Assembly (NCBI RefSeq): GCF_006345805.1
Contig: NC_042997.1
Coordinates: forward strand, 151,962,001 to 152,026,000
From: Octopus sinensis
Lineage: Eukaryota
Length of the DNA: 64,000 nucleotides
Reading direction: 5' to 3'
The first letter of the stretch is position 1; every line of letters starts with the position of its first letter. The translations under genes and the position numbers were made by a program. The notes beneath the pieces are model-generated. The model made no database searches and was not told the DNA's origin. It saw only the letters and a program-made list of their open reading frames with translations. Below, piece by piece: positions 40,239 to 54,691 of this stretch.

Positions 40239-40854
40239 GATGTGAAAGAATAGTTAAGTCATAGTTAGTTTAGATGTGATACAAAATAGAGAGTGAGGTG
40301 GAGGGAGGGAAATAGATGCAAGATATGTAGGGATATTGAAGTTGTAGATCCATTTTTTAGGTATATATGTAATATTCCAATACCCTATGAGTAAAGTCCA
40401 ATGCACGCACACACACTCATATTTATACGTTATACATGTGTTTATGTATGTATATAATGTGTATATATAGATAGATACGCATATATAGCTAAGCATGTAC
40501 GTATACACACTCACAAATACACACATGCACGCACACACACACATAGACACAAGCGCGCGCATGCCCACACAAAGCCATTAATGGTTGCTTGAGCCAATTT
40601 TTTATGCAAGGTAAAAAGTGGGAAAAGTGAATAGAAATTAGCATTAAATTTATTTCAATTTTAGAATCGTTAGAACCTCGAAGAAACTACTTTGTAGGAA
40701 TCTGTTCCGACTTTTTCTGAATTATCATCTCTAGTTCCTCCAGATTAGCTTTTAAAGGTCAATAAATAAGGAACCAGTCAAATATTGGGATCGGTGCAAC
40801 TAATTGCCATCATACCGCAACATTGCTGTACTATCATTCGAAAGCAACATATTC

Positions 40855-41047
40855 TTTTCTATTCCAGGCACAAGGCCCGAGAATTTTGGGGAAGGGGACA
40901 GTCGATTACATCGATCCCAGTACGCAACTGGTACTTAATTTATCAACCCCGAAAAGATAAGAGGCAAAGTCGACCTCGGCAGAATTTGAACTTAGAACGT
41001 AAAGACAGACGAAATACCGCTAAATATTTCACCCAGCGTGCTAATGT
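40855..41047 (-). mobile_element. SINE family B
   Basis: ggcacaaggcccg...aactggtacttaatttatc...gcaaagtcgacctcggcagaatttgaac...cagcgtgctaa. Confidence 0.85.
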
Positions 41048-41168
41048 TTTTTTATTCTTTATTGCCAACATAGAGGGGACAACACATCACGTGTGGGGAC
41101 ATAGAACGACAAATAAAAAAACAAATGCATGACAAAGATGAATAATAACATGAAATATATATATATTT

Positions 41169-41204
<36 letters not shown>

Positions 41205-41208
41205 GTAT

Positions 41209-41311
<103 letters not shown>

Positions 41312-41598
41312 TACACCACACGTGTTGTTTCTTAGTAAACGGCTAATATAGAGGAGGCTATCATTTCTTCATAGTATTTGGTGCGATTCAAAGTTTGAAT
41401 TTGAAATTAAGGAATAAGGAAAAATAGGCAAAGAATATTTCTTGTTCCCTATTATGAAGCTCTTTAAATTTCTGTATATGTATATGCATATCGATATGTG
41501 TGTGTATATATATATATATATATATGCGTGCATATATATATGTATATATGTATATATATAGGTATATGTATATATGTATATATGTGTGTGTGTATATA

Positions 41599-41842
41599 TT
41601 ACTCTTTTACTCTTTTACTCTTTTACTTGTTTCAGTCATTTGACTGCGGCCATGCTGGAGCACCGCCTTTAGTCGAACAAATCGACCCCGGGATTTATTC
41701 TTTGTAAGCCCAGTACTTATTCTATCGGTCTCTTTTTGGCGAACCGCTAAGTGACGGGGACGTAAACACACCAGCATCGGTTGTCAAGCAATGCTAGGGG
41801 GACAAAACACAGACACACAAACACACACATACATATATATAT

Positions 41843-41888
<46 letters not shown>

Positions 41889-42038
41889 GACAGGCTTCTT
41901 TCAGTTTCCGTCTACCAAATCCACTCACAAGGCATTGGTTGGCCCGGGGCTATAGCAGAAGACACTTGCCCAAGGTGCCACGCAGTGGGACTGAACCCGG
42001 AACCATGAGGTTGGTTAGCAAGCTACTTACCACACAGC
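41599..42038 (-). mobile_element. SINE family A, best-preserved copy, with (AAAAGAGT)n tail
   Basis: Head gctgtgtggtaagtagcttgctaaccaacc...ggttccgggttcagtccc, CORE-like ggcaccttgggcaagtgtcttc, internal (TA)n/(TG)n, end gactgaaacaagtaaaagagtaaaagagt. Confidence 0.92.
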
Positions 42039-42899
42039 ATGTATATGCATATATTTACGTATATATATATATACGAATAGACACATAGATTGATACATAC
42101 ATACATACCTACATTTGAGTCTCTGTAGGTAAACATCTATGGAAGTACTAGTTACGAGAACAATTCGCTTATATTTTCTTTGAAGTCTTTGTATGAATTT
42201 ACGCGGGTGCAGTTACATAAGCAAACAGATGGAGTAACCATAAGTCATCAGTTACGTCCCCTCCCATTTACCCAACTTCCGGAGGTGGGATTTGAATAAC
42301 AATATTTTTACAATCTAACAATAATACCGCAAGCACCGAAATGATAAGTTGATCTGCCGTTTGCAGTTGCCAAACACATTAAGCACAGGGCGAAACAATT
42401 TACGAAACAGATGCTAATAAGACAGCGTTTGCATAGATTTCGAGATGTACTCGGAAGCATATTCAATACTCGCATTCAAGGATGTTATACGGGTGATACT
42501 TTCTATCTAGAGAAAAAATTTTCCACTCAGATCCTTTCCACACTTGCTAAAAATTTGAGACCGACCTTAATTTTGTATACCACATCATGTCAATTAGTTT
42601 GTGTAAACAGAAGTGTTGTAAAAAAACATTACACTGTAAGACGTCTGAAAGTTTACAGAAACCTCCATTGTCATCACTGTAGTGTAGTTGAAAAACAGAA
42701 AATAAAAGAATGCATATATTCTCCAAATTGCTCAAAGCACTGTTTCTTTAAAATTCATTTGTAACAATGATAATTGCCAAGAATAACAACGCTAATTTTA
42801 TGAGATACAATAACACACTCTCCAACACCGATTTGAACTTTATTCACCTGTATTGTTGTAACTATTATTATTTTAATATTATTGTAGTCATTGCCGCTG

Positions 42900-42901
42900 T
42901 T

Positions 42902-42951
<50 letters not shown>

Positions 42952-43228
42952 GTTATTGTTATTGTTATTGTTGTTGTTGTTGTTGTTGTTCTTTTTCTTC
43001 TTCTTCTTCTTCTTCTTCTTCTTCTTCTTCATATTCTTGTTCTTGTTCTTGTTGTTCTTGTTCATATTCTTGTTGTTTTACTTCTCAGAACGTTCGGTCT
43101 TGTTTGTTCTGGTACATTCTGTGAGAGCGGATATTACTATTATTATTATTAGTAGTAGTAGTAGTAGTTGTAGTAGTAGTAGTAGTAGTAGCAGCAGCAG
43201 CAGTAGTAGTAGTAGTAGTAGTAGTAGT

Positions 43229-43269
<41 letters not shown>

Positions 43270-43350
43270 TAGTAGTAGTAGTTGCAGCAGCAGCAGTAGT
43301 AGTTGTAGTATATTATAATTATTATTGTTGTTGTTGTTGTTGTTGTTTTT
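42900..43350. repeat. Compound trinucleotide microsatellite (TAT, TGT, TCT, AGT/AGC)
   Basis: Seen directly. Confidence 0.95.
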
Positions 43351-43777
43351 ATTATGATTATATTCGTCTATGCACAGCAGTGTGCGTGCATGTATATATA
43401 TGTACATGTGGAGCTCTACAGGAAAAAATATAGTGTCTCACAACGTTGTTTACGATGTATAAATTCATGCGTATATGCATATACATGTTTTATATTTAAA
43501 TCCATTTACATACATATACGCATACACACATACATTCATACTACATATACCTAAACATATAATATGAATATGTGCATATATATATATATATATTTGAGGA
43601 TTTTATGTTCATGTGTAGATATATGTGTTATTCTTCTATCTAATAACCACACAGACGTATATATATATATATATAGTTAATCCAAACATGACAACAGAAA
43701 GGGAAAACACCACAACGCGAGGACGTGGAACAAGTATAGTATTATTGGACGCTCAGGAAAGGAAAGAAAGAAGGAGG

Positions 43778-43812
43778 ATTTAACGTTTCGAGCAGAGCTC
43801 TTTGTCAGAAAC
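43778..43812 (-). ncRNA. Minimal hammerhead ribozyme-like motif, G8 mutated, in a third repeat family (~43676-43845)
   Basis: Minus strand gttt-CTGACAA-a-gagc(tct)gctc-GAAA-cGTT-aaat. Palindromic aacgtt stem III; the core reads CUGACAA instead of CUGACGA. Confidence 0.55.
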
Positions 43813-43875
43813 ATAGGAAAAGGAAAGATCCAAGGAAGGGAATTTTGAATATATATAATTATATATATATATAAT

Positions 43876-43918
<43 letters not shown>

Positions 43919-43949
43919 ATATATATATATATAAACATACATACATACA

Positions 43950-44512
43950 ATGCATATAATGATTTGGGATAGAGAAGAGAAACTATCCAGGGCTGTGGAA
44001 ATTAGCTGCCCAGCGGATATTAACATAAAGCTGAAGATCAGGGAAAAAGAGGACACCTATGCTGAACTGTTGAGAAATCTGCAGTTACTCTATTCATATT
44101 ACAAATTAAGGTTTGTACCAGTAATTATTGGGACCCTGGGATATGTAACGCGTCTCCTAAATACCAATCTTGAGAAATTAGGCTTCTCAAAACCAGAAAG
44201 GAGAAAGCTAATTCGAAGACTACAGATTCAATGCATCACTGGAACTGTAAATATCTGTAGAACTTTCCAAAAGTTTATCATTTAAATATATATGAGCATG
44301 TCATGATATGGAACTATATGCATGGGAATACACACATAAAACATACGAATCTGCACGTACATGCATACATACATACATACATACATACATACATACATAC
44401 ACACAAAGAAAAATACCCCGTTATTGATGTTGAAATTCCAGTGCAGGAGCCTTGGATCTAGGTTAGAATTCTCTTCTTTATTAGCAAGAAATCTTGAAAT
44501 AAACTGAATAAT
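43950..44512 (+). mobile_element. 5'-truncated R4/Dong-like non-LTR retrotransposon: RLE domain ORF end (43950-44285) plus 3' UTR
   Basis: IMIWDREEKLSRAVEISCPADINIKLKIREKEDTYAELLRNLQ...FVPVIIGTLG...GTVNICRTF is an uninterrupted restriction-like endonuclease C-terminus; bounded by (ACAT)n on both sides. Confidence 0.85.
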
Positions 44513-44709
44513 GACATACACGCATATATACATACATAAATACATACATACATAAATAAATACATACATACATAAATAAATACATACATACATACATACA
44601 TACATACATACACATACATACATACATACATACATACATACATACTTACTTACTTACATACATCATACATACATACATACATACATACATACATACATAC
44701 ATACATACA

Positions 44710-44741
<32 letters not shown>

Positions 44742-45984
44742 GATGAGTATGTGATCCTGTATTTACATAAAAATGGAATTCTGAGTTCAGAAACTTATAT
44801 CTTCTTCCGATTGTTATCCATCCTTCACCACTGTTAATTATAAAGAAATGAATAAATAAAACAATTCAATAAAAACTATATCATCTTCTAACCCAGATAG
44901 CGTATAAACACTTGGCGTGCTCCTTCTCCTTCCTTGTGACACGTAAGTTAAAATCTAATTCGATAGACTCCCTTTTAACTCTATGTATCCATGGTGCCCT
45001 CCAGACTTGCACAAACAATATCAATTTCTCCTGGGACATCTTTAGTAAATTTGCAATGAATTTGACACCCAATATCATAAGTTTTCTTTACAGATGATCT
45101 ATTTACCATAGGGTAATTTCTAAGGTGTGCTACGTTCGAGTGTTTTGTAGATATTGAATCTCCTCTTATGAGAACGAAGCGAATATAGAATCCCATTATA
45201 GACGTAAGGGTGTCCCTTTTCCAAGGAGTTACAATATCTTGTGATTATACCAGATGTCATAATTATCAAGAGATATGTGTAATATTTATTTTCTTTCTGT
45301 TTGTTTCTGTTTTCTTTAGCTTTTTTGTATTGATGGAAAAATTTGTAGTGCGCGTATCACTTGAAGATGATCCTACTTTGTCAATGCGGTGTAGTATAGA
45401 ACTTGCAATGTTAGAGAAGTTATCTCTGTTGTGAAGATAAACATGACCACTCCGCTTTCAGGAAATTGTCAACGGCTTGTATTATATTTCGAAATTATGC
45501 CTGTGTGCGTGTTTGTGTATGTACTGTGCTGTGTGTGTGTGTGTGAATGTGTTTTGTATGAGTGAAGGTTTGAGAAGGACAATGAGAAAGTGTATGTGCG
45601 TGGAGGCGTAGGCATGTCTATGTGATTAAGCAATTACTTTCATAATCGCCTGCGATTGGGCTCGGTCCACTGTGAGGCACCTTGGGTATGTGTCTCCTGC
45701 AATGACCTACGATCGACAGATGCTTTATGATTCAGTTTTTAATACAGAGACTACGGGGAAACGTAGTTTCTACGTAACACAAGTATATACACACACTCAC
45801 ATATGTATACATGCATATCTACACACATATATGCATACAAAGCGTCGAGTGTTAAAACACTTGAAATTCATAAACAGGAGAGACCACTCACCTCGGATCC
45901 CATCGAGAGACATCAATGTTTCGCTATTTTTTGTGGCTTCAACATCACGTACCCGAACCAAAATGGAGGTGAACTGAATTTCTT

Positions 45985-46150
45985 CATCAAACGTCCAATC
46001 AAGCAGTCCAAATGTTGGTATGAGTACTGGCACTGCAAACACATTGTGGATCATTGTTTTATTGAATGCAGAGAGTTATGAGGTCGAAATTTTCTTTATA
46101 CGGATGTAATATTCTTTAGTGACACGCATTTTGTTACAGGTGCCATTTTG
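45985..46150 (-). pseudogene. R4/Dong-like non-LTR fragment (region just after the RT domain)
   Basis: Minus strand NKMRVTKEYYIRIKKISTS*LSAFNKTMIHNVFAVPVLIPTFGLLDWT resembles the 'R..KIL.S.L...NK..A.N..AVPVL.Y.FG...W' block of R4-clade elements. Confidence 0.7.
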
Positions 46151-46175
46151 TTACTGTTGCATTGTTACGGGTGCC

Positions 46176-46206
<31 letters not shown>

Positions 46207-46834
46207 TGTATGTATGTATGTATGTATGTATGCATGCATGCATGCATGCATGCATGTATGTATGTATGTATGTATGTATGTATGTATGTATGTTATGTAT
46301 GTATGTGTGGGTATCTATAAGGGTGTATGTAAACAACGAAAGAACGTAGTCCTCCACACATTCATTTGGAGTTGCAAGTATTTAGTAACAGGTTGACTCA
46401 ACTCCACATTACTCAGAGTTTCGCAAGCGCAGAACAATTCCACGTCATGAGTCGTACACCGTCAGAGTAGAGAAAATTTTCAAGAAATTATTTTAACATG
46501 GCTTCTGTGTGAGAGTTTTTAAGTTTGTATTTTTTATTTTATTTATTGCCCACAGTGCATAAATATACTCACACAGGCACACATACATATATGTATGTGT
46601 GTATTTATGTATATATATATAATATATATATTATATATAATATATATATAATATATATTATATATATATATATATTGTGTGTGTGTATATATGTTATATA
46701 TATATATGCATGCATGTATATGTGTGTGCGTGTACATGTATGTGCATGTTTATGTATGTGTATGTATGTGTGTATATGTATATATTATATATATTTCTGC
46801 TGAATTCTTTTGCCACCCTATATTGATTAATTAT

Positions 46835-46899
<65 letters not shown>

Positions 46900-47692
46900 A
46901 TGATGTGTGGTGTGTGTGTGTGTGTATGTATATATATATATGTTGTATGTGTGTGTGTATGTATATATATATATATATATATACGTCTTATGTGAATATG
47001 TATTCTTTTATTTTATTTTACTTGTTTGTATCTTCCCTTACACTTGCACACTCGTATGCACTTGTGTGAGTCTATGCACGTATGTGTGTCTGTGTGTGTA
47101 TGTGTATGTGTTTATGTGTTTATGTATGCATATATGTATGACTGTATATTCTTATGTGTTAAGTGTATACGTTTTTCTTATCACTTGTAAATTTATATTT
47201 TTCTCTTTCATATATTCGTTTTGTTCCTATTCTTTTTTAATTGTCTCCCCTACCACGGGCTAATTTTTGAGTGAGGTAACTCTCTTGAATACACCGACCG
47301 GTCCTGTCTGTAATCGTTGCTTTCTCTTTGTTAAATTCTTTTTGTTTTTTGTTTTTTTTCTGCTTGTATGTACATTTATACTTAAATATCGTATCTTTTA
47401 CAAACATAGCCTTGCCTATCAGCTTTAAGCCTCTTGTAATATTCATATGTATACGTATAATTCTCTATGGCTTATTTTTCTACTAGTGAACCTGTTGCCT
47501 TATAATCTACTATACACACGTGGCCTTGTTTGCATTATACTTCGTCTCGACCTATTACTATTTCTTTAAACATATCCGTTAGATTTCTTATTTTTATGTT
47601 ATAGTTTACTGCACATATAGACTTGCATACACATTGATATGTCTTTCTTTTCTATTTCGTCTCTCTCACTATTATTATTATTATTATTATTA

Positions 47693-47739
<47 letters not shown>

Positions 47740-48040
47740 CTTTTTAGAACTTGTTTGTAAATATCCGATTTGTCCGTATTCCCCATTATTTTATTTTATT
47801 TTATTTTATTCAACCATTTTTAATGTTTTTCCCAAAATTCCTGACACTGATGAGAATGACAATGCTTACATTTAATTATAATTACTATGATTATAATGTT
47901 TTCCTTACATATTTGTATTGTCTTTCGAAACGTGCGTATGTATTGAATCCAATTTGGTATTAAATCTAATTTTGATTCAACATCTTTTTCTCCTCCACTT
48001 TTTTATACTTGGTTATGCTATACCTATAACGAAATTTTTC

Positions 48041-48102
<62 letters not shown>

Positions 48103-48661
48103 AAGGAAAATGATGACTACTTTAGAAAGGTAGTGTAAAATAACTTACAAGTGTTCTCTTCACCATTGTGTGTGTATGTTTGTGTATGTGTGTCTGTGTT
48201 TGTATTTGCGGACGTGTGTATGTGTTTGTGTGAGTATGTGCACCAAACGTAAACAGCCACGTGACTTTTGAAATACAGAAAAACATTGCTAATAATGAGA
48301 GATAATGTATATTATAAATAAATATCAGATACAATTAAAATACGTAATATATATTTCATTTGCATGTGTATACAATAAATAGCAATAAATAGTAAAAAGA
48401 ATATTCGCTGTTTTAGGAAATAAATCAGATTAATATTATAATCCCATAGATAGATTCTACTGATATCCTGACATGTATTACGTTTATAATAAATATAAAG
48501 AAACAAATGCCAAGTTTGTCATGATGACATTTATAAATTGAATAAAAAGTAATTTATTGATACTTTCGGTATACGACATATCATTTTCAAATATAAACTG
48601 AAGTATATATTTTGAAATTATAAGATTTATTTATTGATACATACATACGTACAAACATAGA

Positions 48662-48695
<34 letters not shown>

Positions 48696-48709
48696 CATAC
48701 ATACATACA

Positions 48710-48743
<34 letters not shown>

Positions 48744-50899
48744 CATACATACATACATATATATTTATTTATTTATTTTTATTTTTAAAATCGTTTTGCA
48801 GTTTGAAATTTTGAAGCCTTAATCAACAGGGACAAGAATAATTTTCATATTATTTCTTTATGTGTTCAAAATTAAAAGGGACCTTAGTTAAACTTTGAAG
48901 ATATCAACAATGTATTTACGCTACAAAGATCGGTTACTGGTGTTTCAGTAAACATTAGGAAAACTCAAAAATTGTAGTAGACAACGTCAGCAATTAGTAG
49001 GAATTAAAAGTTGTAATTAGTGTTTATAAGGTGTTCAGATGTGAAATAAATCGATATTTTTATCGCTTTGTTAGGATATAAGGTAGTGTCAACAAACTTT
49101 TTAGGGTTTCTTACTCTAATAATGGGTATGGAGGTAAATTTCAGCAAATCTGAGTTCTGATCGAAATACTTACAACAGAATGAACTTTGTAAAGACATTC
49201 AAGGACCAGATCGTGCTATTGAACTGAGTAACGATTAAATTTACCGTCCATCCGAGAGGAGGATAAGAGAAAGAGTGCAATATTTCGAAATCCCCCTTTA
49301 AATTTTTTTTATTAGAAATGAAATAACAACCCGCTAGAACAAGAGATGGTACACATGAACACGTTAAAATTTTCGTCTTCTCAAATCAATTTATCACAAT
49401 TTGTCTCTTAAGAGCAACGTCCGAGTTGAAACTGGTGCCAAGCTTTTTTGAACTGAGTCTGTAGATTCAAAGGAAACAATGCGAACATTGGCTACTTTCG
49501 TTCTATTTTCTTTCTTTCTTCTTTTTCATTTATTGGTTTTACTTAATGGAGTCCATGTAATGCTTGGGTAATATTTTCATGGGTTGTAGTATATCATATC
49601 AGCCTCCGCTGCTGTGTTATTTATTTCATCAGTCTTATAACATACAAAATGTAAAGTAGATACAAAAGTAAAGGGAAATAACTTGATCGGAGTAAATACC
49701 TGAAAGTATTTCTCTTCCAAAGTGTTGTGTTTGTGAAAGCATGTACTTACCTATGCATGTGTGTGTGTGTGTGTGTGTGTGAATACGTATATGTATTACG
49801 CATGTATACATGGATAGATAGATAGATAGATACGACTAGATTTCATGCAATTTCCGTTTTCAAAATTTCATTTACAATATATGCATTAATTCATTTAAGG
49901 CACTTGCCCAACGCGCAACCAAATAGTAGCCAAACGAACTTCATCAGCAAACAGTCAAGCGGGCGTCTTTTAAGAGTGAGAATTACAACAAAGGAGTAGT
50001 TCACTGAGACCCCAAGTAGGACAGGATAAACTCAAATCTTCAAATTCAGAGCTCTGGATTTTGAAAATTTCAAATTCTTGATATGATCGTTATCCCTTAT
50101 ACCCATAAAAGAACGGAAGTACTTCTCAATTTATATATTGTTCTCATGAGAAAATGAGGGGGTTACAGCCAATGAAGGAAATTCAATCGCAAAATGATAG
50201 TCGGCAAATGTTGAACAAAAAAAAAATCACGGTCATAAATCTACCGCAAAATTTAAAGCATTTGTGATTCAGCTTGACCATAGTATCCAATTATACATGA
50301 AAGAAATGAATGACATAAAGAATGAATCTGTGAACTTATTCTATATCACCTGGTTTTGAATTTCGAAGATTCCAAACATTTTCCAAAACTTAAGTTTCAC
50401 CTAAGAAAATTTATAGTGACTATATGATGAGCTGGAACGTTTTTTACATCGTTCGAGATCACGAGCGAGCGAGGGAAGCCCGTGTATGGTCGCTCGACCC
50501 ATTAAATACAGCAGAACAAAATCAGCCACCGAAGCTACACCTTAATGTCTAGAGAAATTATGATACACTTGCCTCTGTCGCTCTATGTACGCTAAGTCTG
50601 AAAAACAAATCATGTTAGTTATGGCTAAAACACCTTTGATCACAAGTTTGATTGGTCATAGTTAATCTAAGAGTACATTACAGCAGCAGCAACAACAACA
50701 ATATCCATTTCCTAGATTTCGAACCTGTGAAGTATCCTTTACGTAGCCGCTGGACCTGCTAGAAATAGTAGATGATTGTCCCTCAAGTCAAACTGTCATC
50801 TTGAAAAATAAATATTGAAATATTATAATCCTAGATACATCATGTATTGCCGCCATGACAATGCGTTCTGTCATACATATAATTCCTCAGAGCAAATTT

Positions 50900-51260
50900 G
50901 GGTCTATAAGGTCAATAACGTACAATATATATGAGCATTATCAATCATGTGGAGAAGTACTGCCTGGGAGGGAAAGAAACATACTAAAAAACTACATGCT
51001 AAAACGACCAGTGCCAATCGAAATAAAGGGAGGATCCTCATAAATGAGTTGGACAATGCTTCAGAAGTTGAAAGAAGCAGGAATCGAGGTTCTGCATCAT
51101 CCATTTTATTCCACGTACTTTTTCCTGGCAGATTTTCAAATTTCAGACAGACAGAAACTAAAGTTTCAAAGAATTCATTGACCCTAAAAATATCGATTTT
51201 TACGAGAATCTATAGAATCATTTCACAAAATAAAAAGTGTTCTGTGACAAATAGAAATTA
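50900..51260 (+). pseudogene. Highly degenerate mariner transposase fragment
   Basis: TMLQKLKEAGIEVLHHPFYST at ~51054-51116 corresponds to 'KL.ELG.EVL.HPPYSPD'. Confidence 0.6.
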
Positions 51261-51774
51261 GATTGATTAAAGCATGCTTTTTAACTATGTTTGCTTTCCT
51301 TTAAAACTTCATTCCTCAAATCCGTCGGCAATTTCTTTACAGGTCTCCAATATGGTAAAGTCAATGCGTTTGATGTTTAGCTTGAACTTCTATTGGTCAC
51401 AGTCTCGGTGGGGTAGAATATGGTCAGGTTTGGAATGCAATTGAGTTGTGCGATTTTAGATAGAAAGAGAAAAGTCACTAAGAGAATGTTACTGATGGAT
51501 GCTGCCGGATGGTTGTTAAAAAGAGGACAAATGATGATAATACTCCTTTATCTAACAAGTTGTGCGGGATTCCAGTAGGATTTGTTACATAATGGTACGC
51601 AGCTAGCTAGTTTAGAGGAGAAGGAACATATTTCATAATAATGATTGATAAACTGAGGCAGTCAGACTGACAGCCGTATAAACAGGCAGACAGAGAGAAA
51701 AAAAACAGCTGTAGAACATAGGAAACGAAAGTATATCTATAGGCGTATCGGTGAGTTAATATAGATTGAATGTA

Positions 51775-51987
51775 AAGGTGGCGAGCTGGCAGAAACGTTA
51801 GCACGCCGGTCGAAATGGTTAGCAGTATTTCATCTGTCTTTACACACTGAGTTCAAATTCCGCCGAGGCCGACTTAGTCTTTCATCCCTTCGGGGTCGGT
51901 AAATTAAGTACCAACTGCGTACTGGGATCCATCTAATCGACTGCCCCTCCCCCCAAAATTTAGGGCCTTGTGCTTAGAGTAGAAACG
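51775..51987 (+). mobile_element. Full-length SINE family B with 17-bp TSD
   Basis: TSD aatatagattgaatgta at 51758-51774 and 51988-52004; head ggtggcgagctggcagaaacgttagcacg, B-box gagttcaaattc, Deu/Nin-like box. Confidence 0.93.
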
Positions 51988-52169
51988 AATATAGATTGAA
52001 TGTACATAATGCCGAACACGTGTTTAATCAGAGAACACATTCATATAAAATCAAAAACGAATTGTAACAAGTGACATACATTTAAATTATTGTAGCTAAA
52101 TTCGGGAATAAATTAAATATATGTCTCTTTACGAAAACAAGGAAATAACTTTAAAACATTTTTCTTTGC

Positions 52170-52279
52170 GTCCTTCATATTTTAGCCCTTGTTACAAGAA
52201 GGTCCTTCCATATTTTAGCCCTTGTTAGAAGAAGGTCCTTCCATATTTTAGCCCTTGTTACAAGAAGGTCCTTCCATAT
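52170..52279. repeat. 33-bp minisatellite, ~3.3 copies
   Basis: ggtccttccatattttagcccttgtta(c/g)aagaa repeated head-to-tail without spacers. Confidence 0.92.
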
Positions 52280-53552
52280 ATTACTTCTAAACTATCGTCA
52301 ACTCAACAATCCGGATACTTTTGTAAGCAGACTATGGCAGGTATCAAGGCGTTGCATCGTTATTGAATTATGGCTTAGTAATATGAGTAGTTTCTTCAAA
52401 TTGAACACTGAAATATTTCCAGTCACTTGCAACATATAGATGTCTAGACATTTGGGTTTTCTTCCGTTTTCATCCTTGAATTTTCACTCGTTCTATGAAA
52501 ACAACATAAGGCATGTTTCTATTGATCCTCATTGCATTGGCGCTGCTACCTTACTGTTTTGTTATATCATCAAGGATAGCCAATACTTGGCTATGCCGCT
52601 AAGTGTACATTGCGAAGGATGATTTACATGTTACCAGAGCATACGTCGACGATATATAACTTTTGCACTAATGCATTTACTAACGTGACTGAAGCCGCTC
52701 TATAGATGATCACATTCTGATTTGTTTCTTTTTCCTCAGCATGCTTTATGGCAACTTCTACCGTCTGCTGAGTAATACGCTGTCAATGCACGTTACTTTC
52801 TTAAATCTGGTGACTTAGTCGCACACATGTCTGTCAGTATATCGAATTTCTCTTGTTCAGTCTTGTCCTATTATCATCAGAACTAAAAGTGATTTGACTC
52901 GGTATCAACAACAGGTATCTCGAGATAAAGATCTTTGTGAGATTCTGCAGAATATCTTGGAAATATCAAGTGCTAGAAAAGTAAGCTACTTTATTTCGGT
53001 TATATATATACAATAGTGACATTCATGTACATACATACACATATGTACATATATAATGTACATACAAAGATATATAAATATATATAAACATGTATATAGA
53101 TAAATAAATAGACAGACGGATAGATATGTATGGGTGCGTGTGTGTGTGCGTGTGTGTGTGGTCTTGATTATTTTGTAGTACAAATTCATAAAACTGCTCC
53201 ATAGAACATTGTTACACGCGTGTAAAATTTAACACATCCAAGTCATAAACCCCTCTTCTCGCATAAATTATCATGCACGTACACATGAATGGACACATAT
53301 ACACACACTTTATTATATATTATCCTTGTCTTGGTTGGTTTTCTGCTATTTTTGTTTACTTTAATCATGTATTTTTCTTCTTTTTTAATTCCATTGTTTG
53401 ATGGTTTAATAAGTCGTCATAGAACTTCAAAGAGGTGGTGGAATGCTTCATAAAATGTAACAGAGACAGAGAGAAAGAGGGCTGGGAATATTAGAGAGCT
53501 CTTTTGTTGAAATTCATAGGGATACCTACATATGTGCCCACTTACAGTAATA

Positions 53553-53607
<55 letters not shown>

Positions 53608-54691
53608 AATGTATAAATGTGTGTGTTTATATATATTCATATACATGTACATACACAACTATGTGTGTTTCTAAAATATATTCATAAATAACAACCACAA
53701 CATCATCATCAACAACAACAACAACAACAACAACAACAAAAATAACAATAATAATAATAATAATAATGATAATAATAATAATAATAATAATAATGATCAT
53801 GATCATGATGACGATGATGATGATCATGATTAAAAGTCAGGAAGTGCTGTACAGAAGCTTGTACATTCAAAGTGTGTCGCGGAATGTATGTTGAATGGCT
53901 TCAGGAAGCGATGAATAGTTAATAGTCCTTGGAAGATATGGTTTATTGCTTCTTGCTTCATATTCAGCTTCCTTTTTTTTTATATATATGTATAAAGTTT
54001 TACTTGTTTTTGTTATTTCGTTTCTTGTCGCTTGATTTTTTTTTTTTTTTGTCGTATTTTTCGTCATTATTATTTTGTTGATTTTAAAGAATGTAAAACT
54101 CACTTTTGTTTTGTCCTTTGTTACTCCATTTCTGAAATTTAATTCGATTCTTTTCCATTTTTTTCTCCCCTGGTAAACAATGTAAGATGATTTTGAACGA
54201 TTTATTTTGTTTTTGGAGGTTTTTTTTTTTCATGCAACAATTTTTCAGAAAAGGATCTAACGGAAAAGAAAAGTTAAACAAAATTAAATGTGTAGAACAC
54301 ACACACACAAAGAAAAATAATCTATATTTTTTACATCTATGTTTACATGGCATTGTTTTCTATTCGCTTAACACATCAAAGATACCATTGGTTGAAACAG
54401 AATCTCAAACACAAAAGACGTTTCTATCAACAACTGGTATGTTTGTTTGGGAAAATAACGATACTTGACACAAACGTCAGCAATGTAGCTGAGGTAAAAC
54501 TCCTCAGAGAAGCATTCTGCATATTAAATACAAATGCGTTAAAATAACACATACATAAATAGATGTGAAAAACTTCTGTAAACTGACATTTCCCACACAA
54601 GTAGTACGCAAAAATACCTTCAAAAGTTGGTCAATATCCGGGAACAGGGAACTTAGGTAATTCCAGTTCTATATTTAAGAGATGAGGAATT

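Noticed and set aside
52170-52279. 33-bp repeats of CRISPR-like length
   Set aside because: Head-to-tail with no spacers, no cas genes, eukaryotic context.
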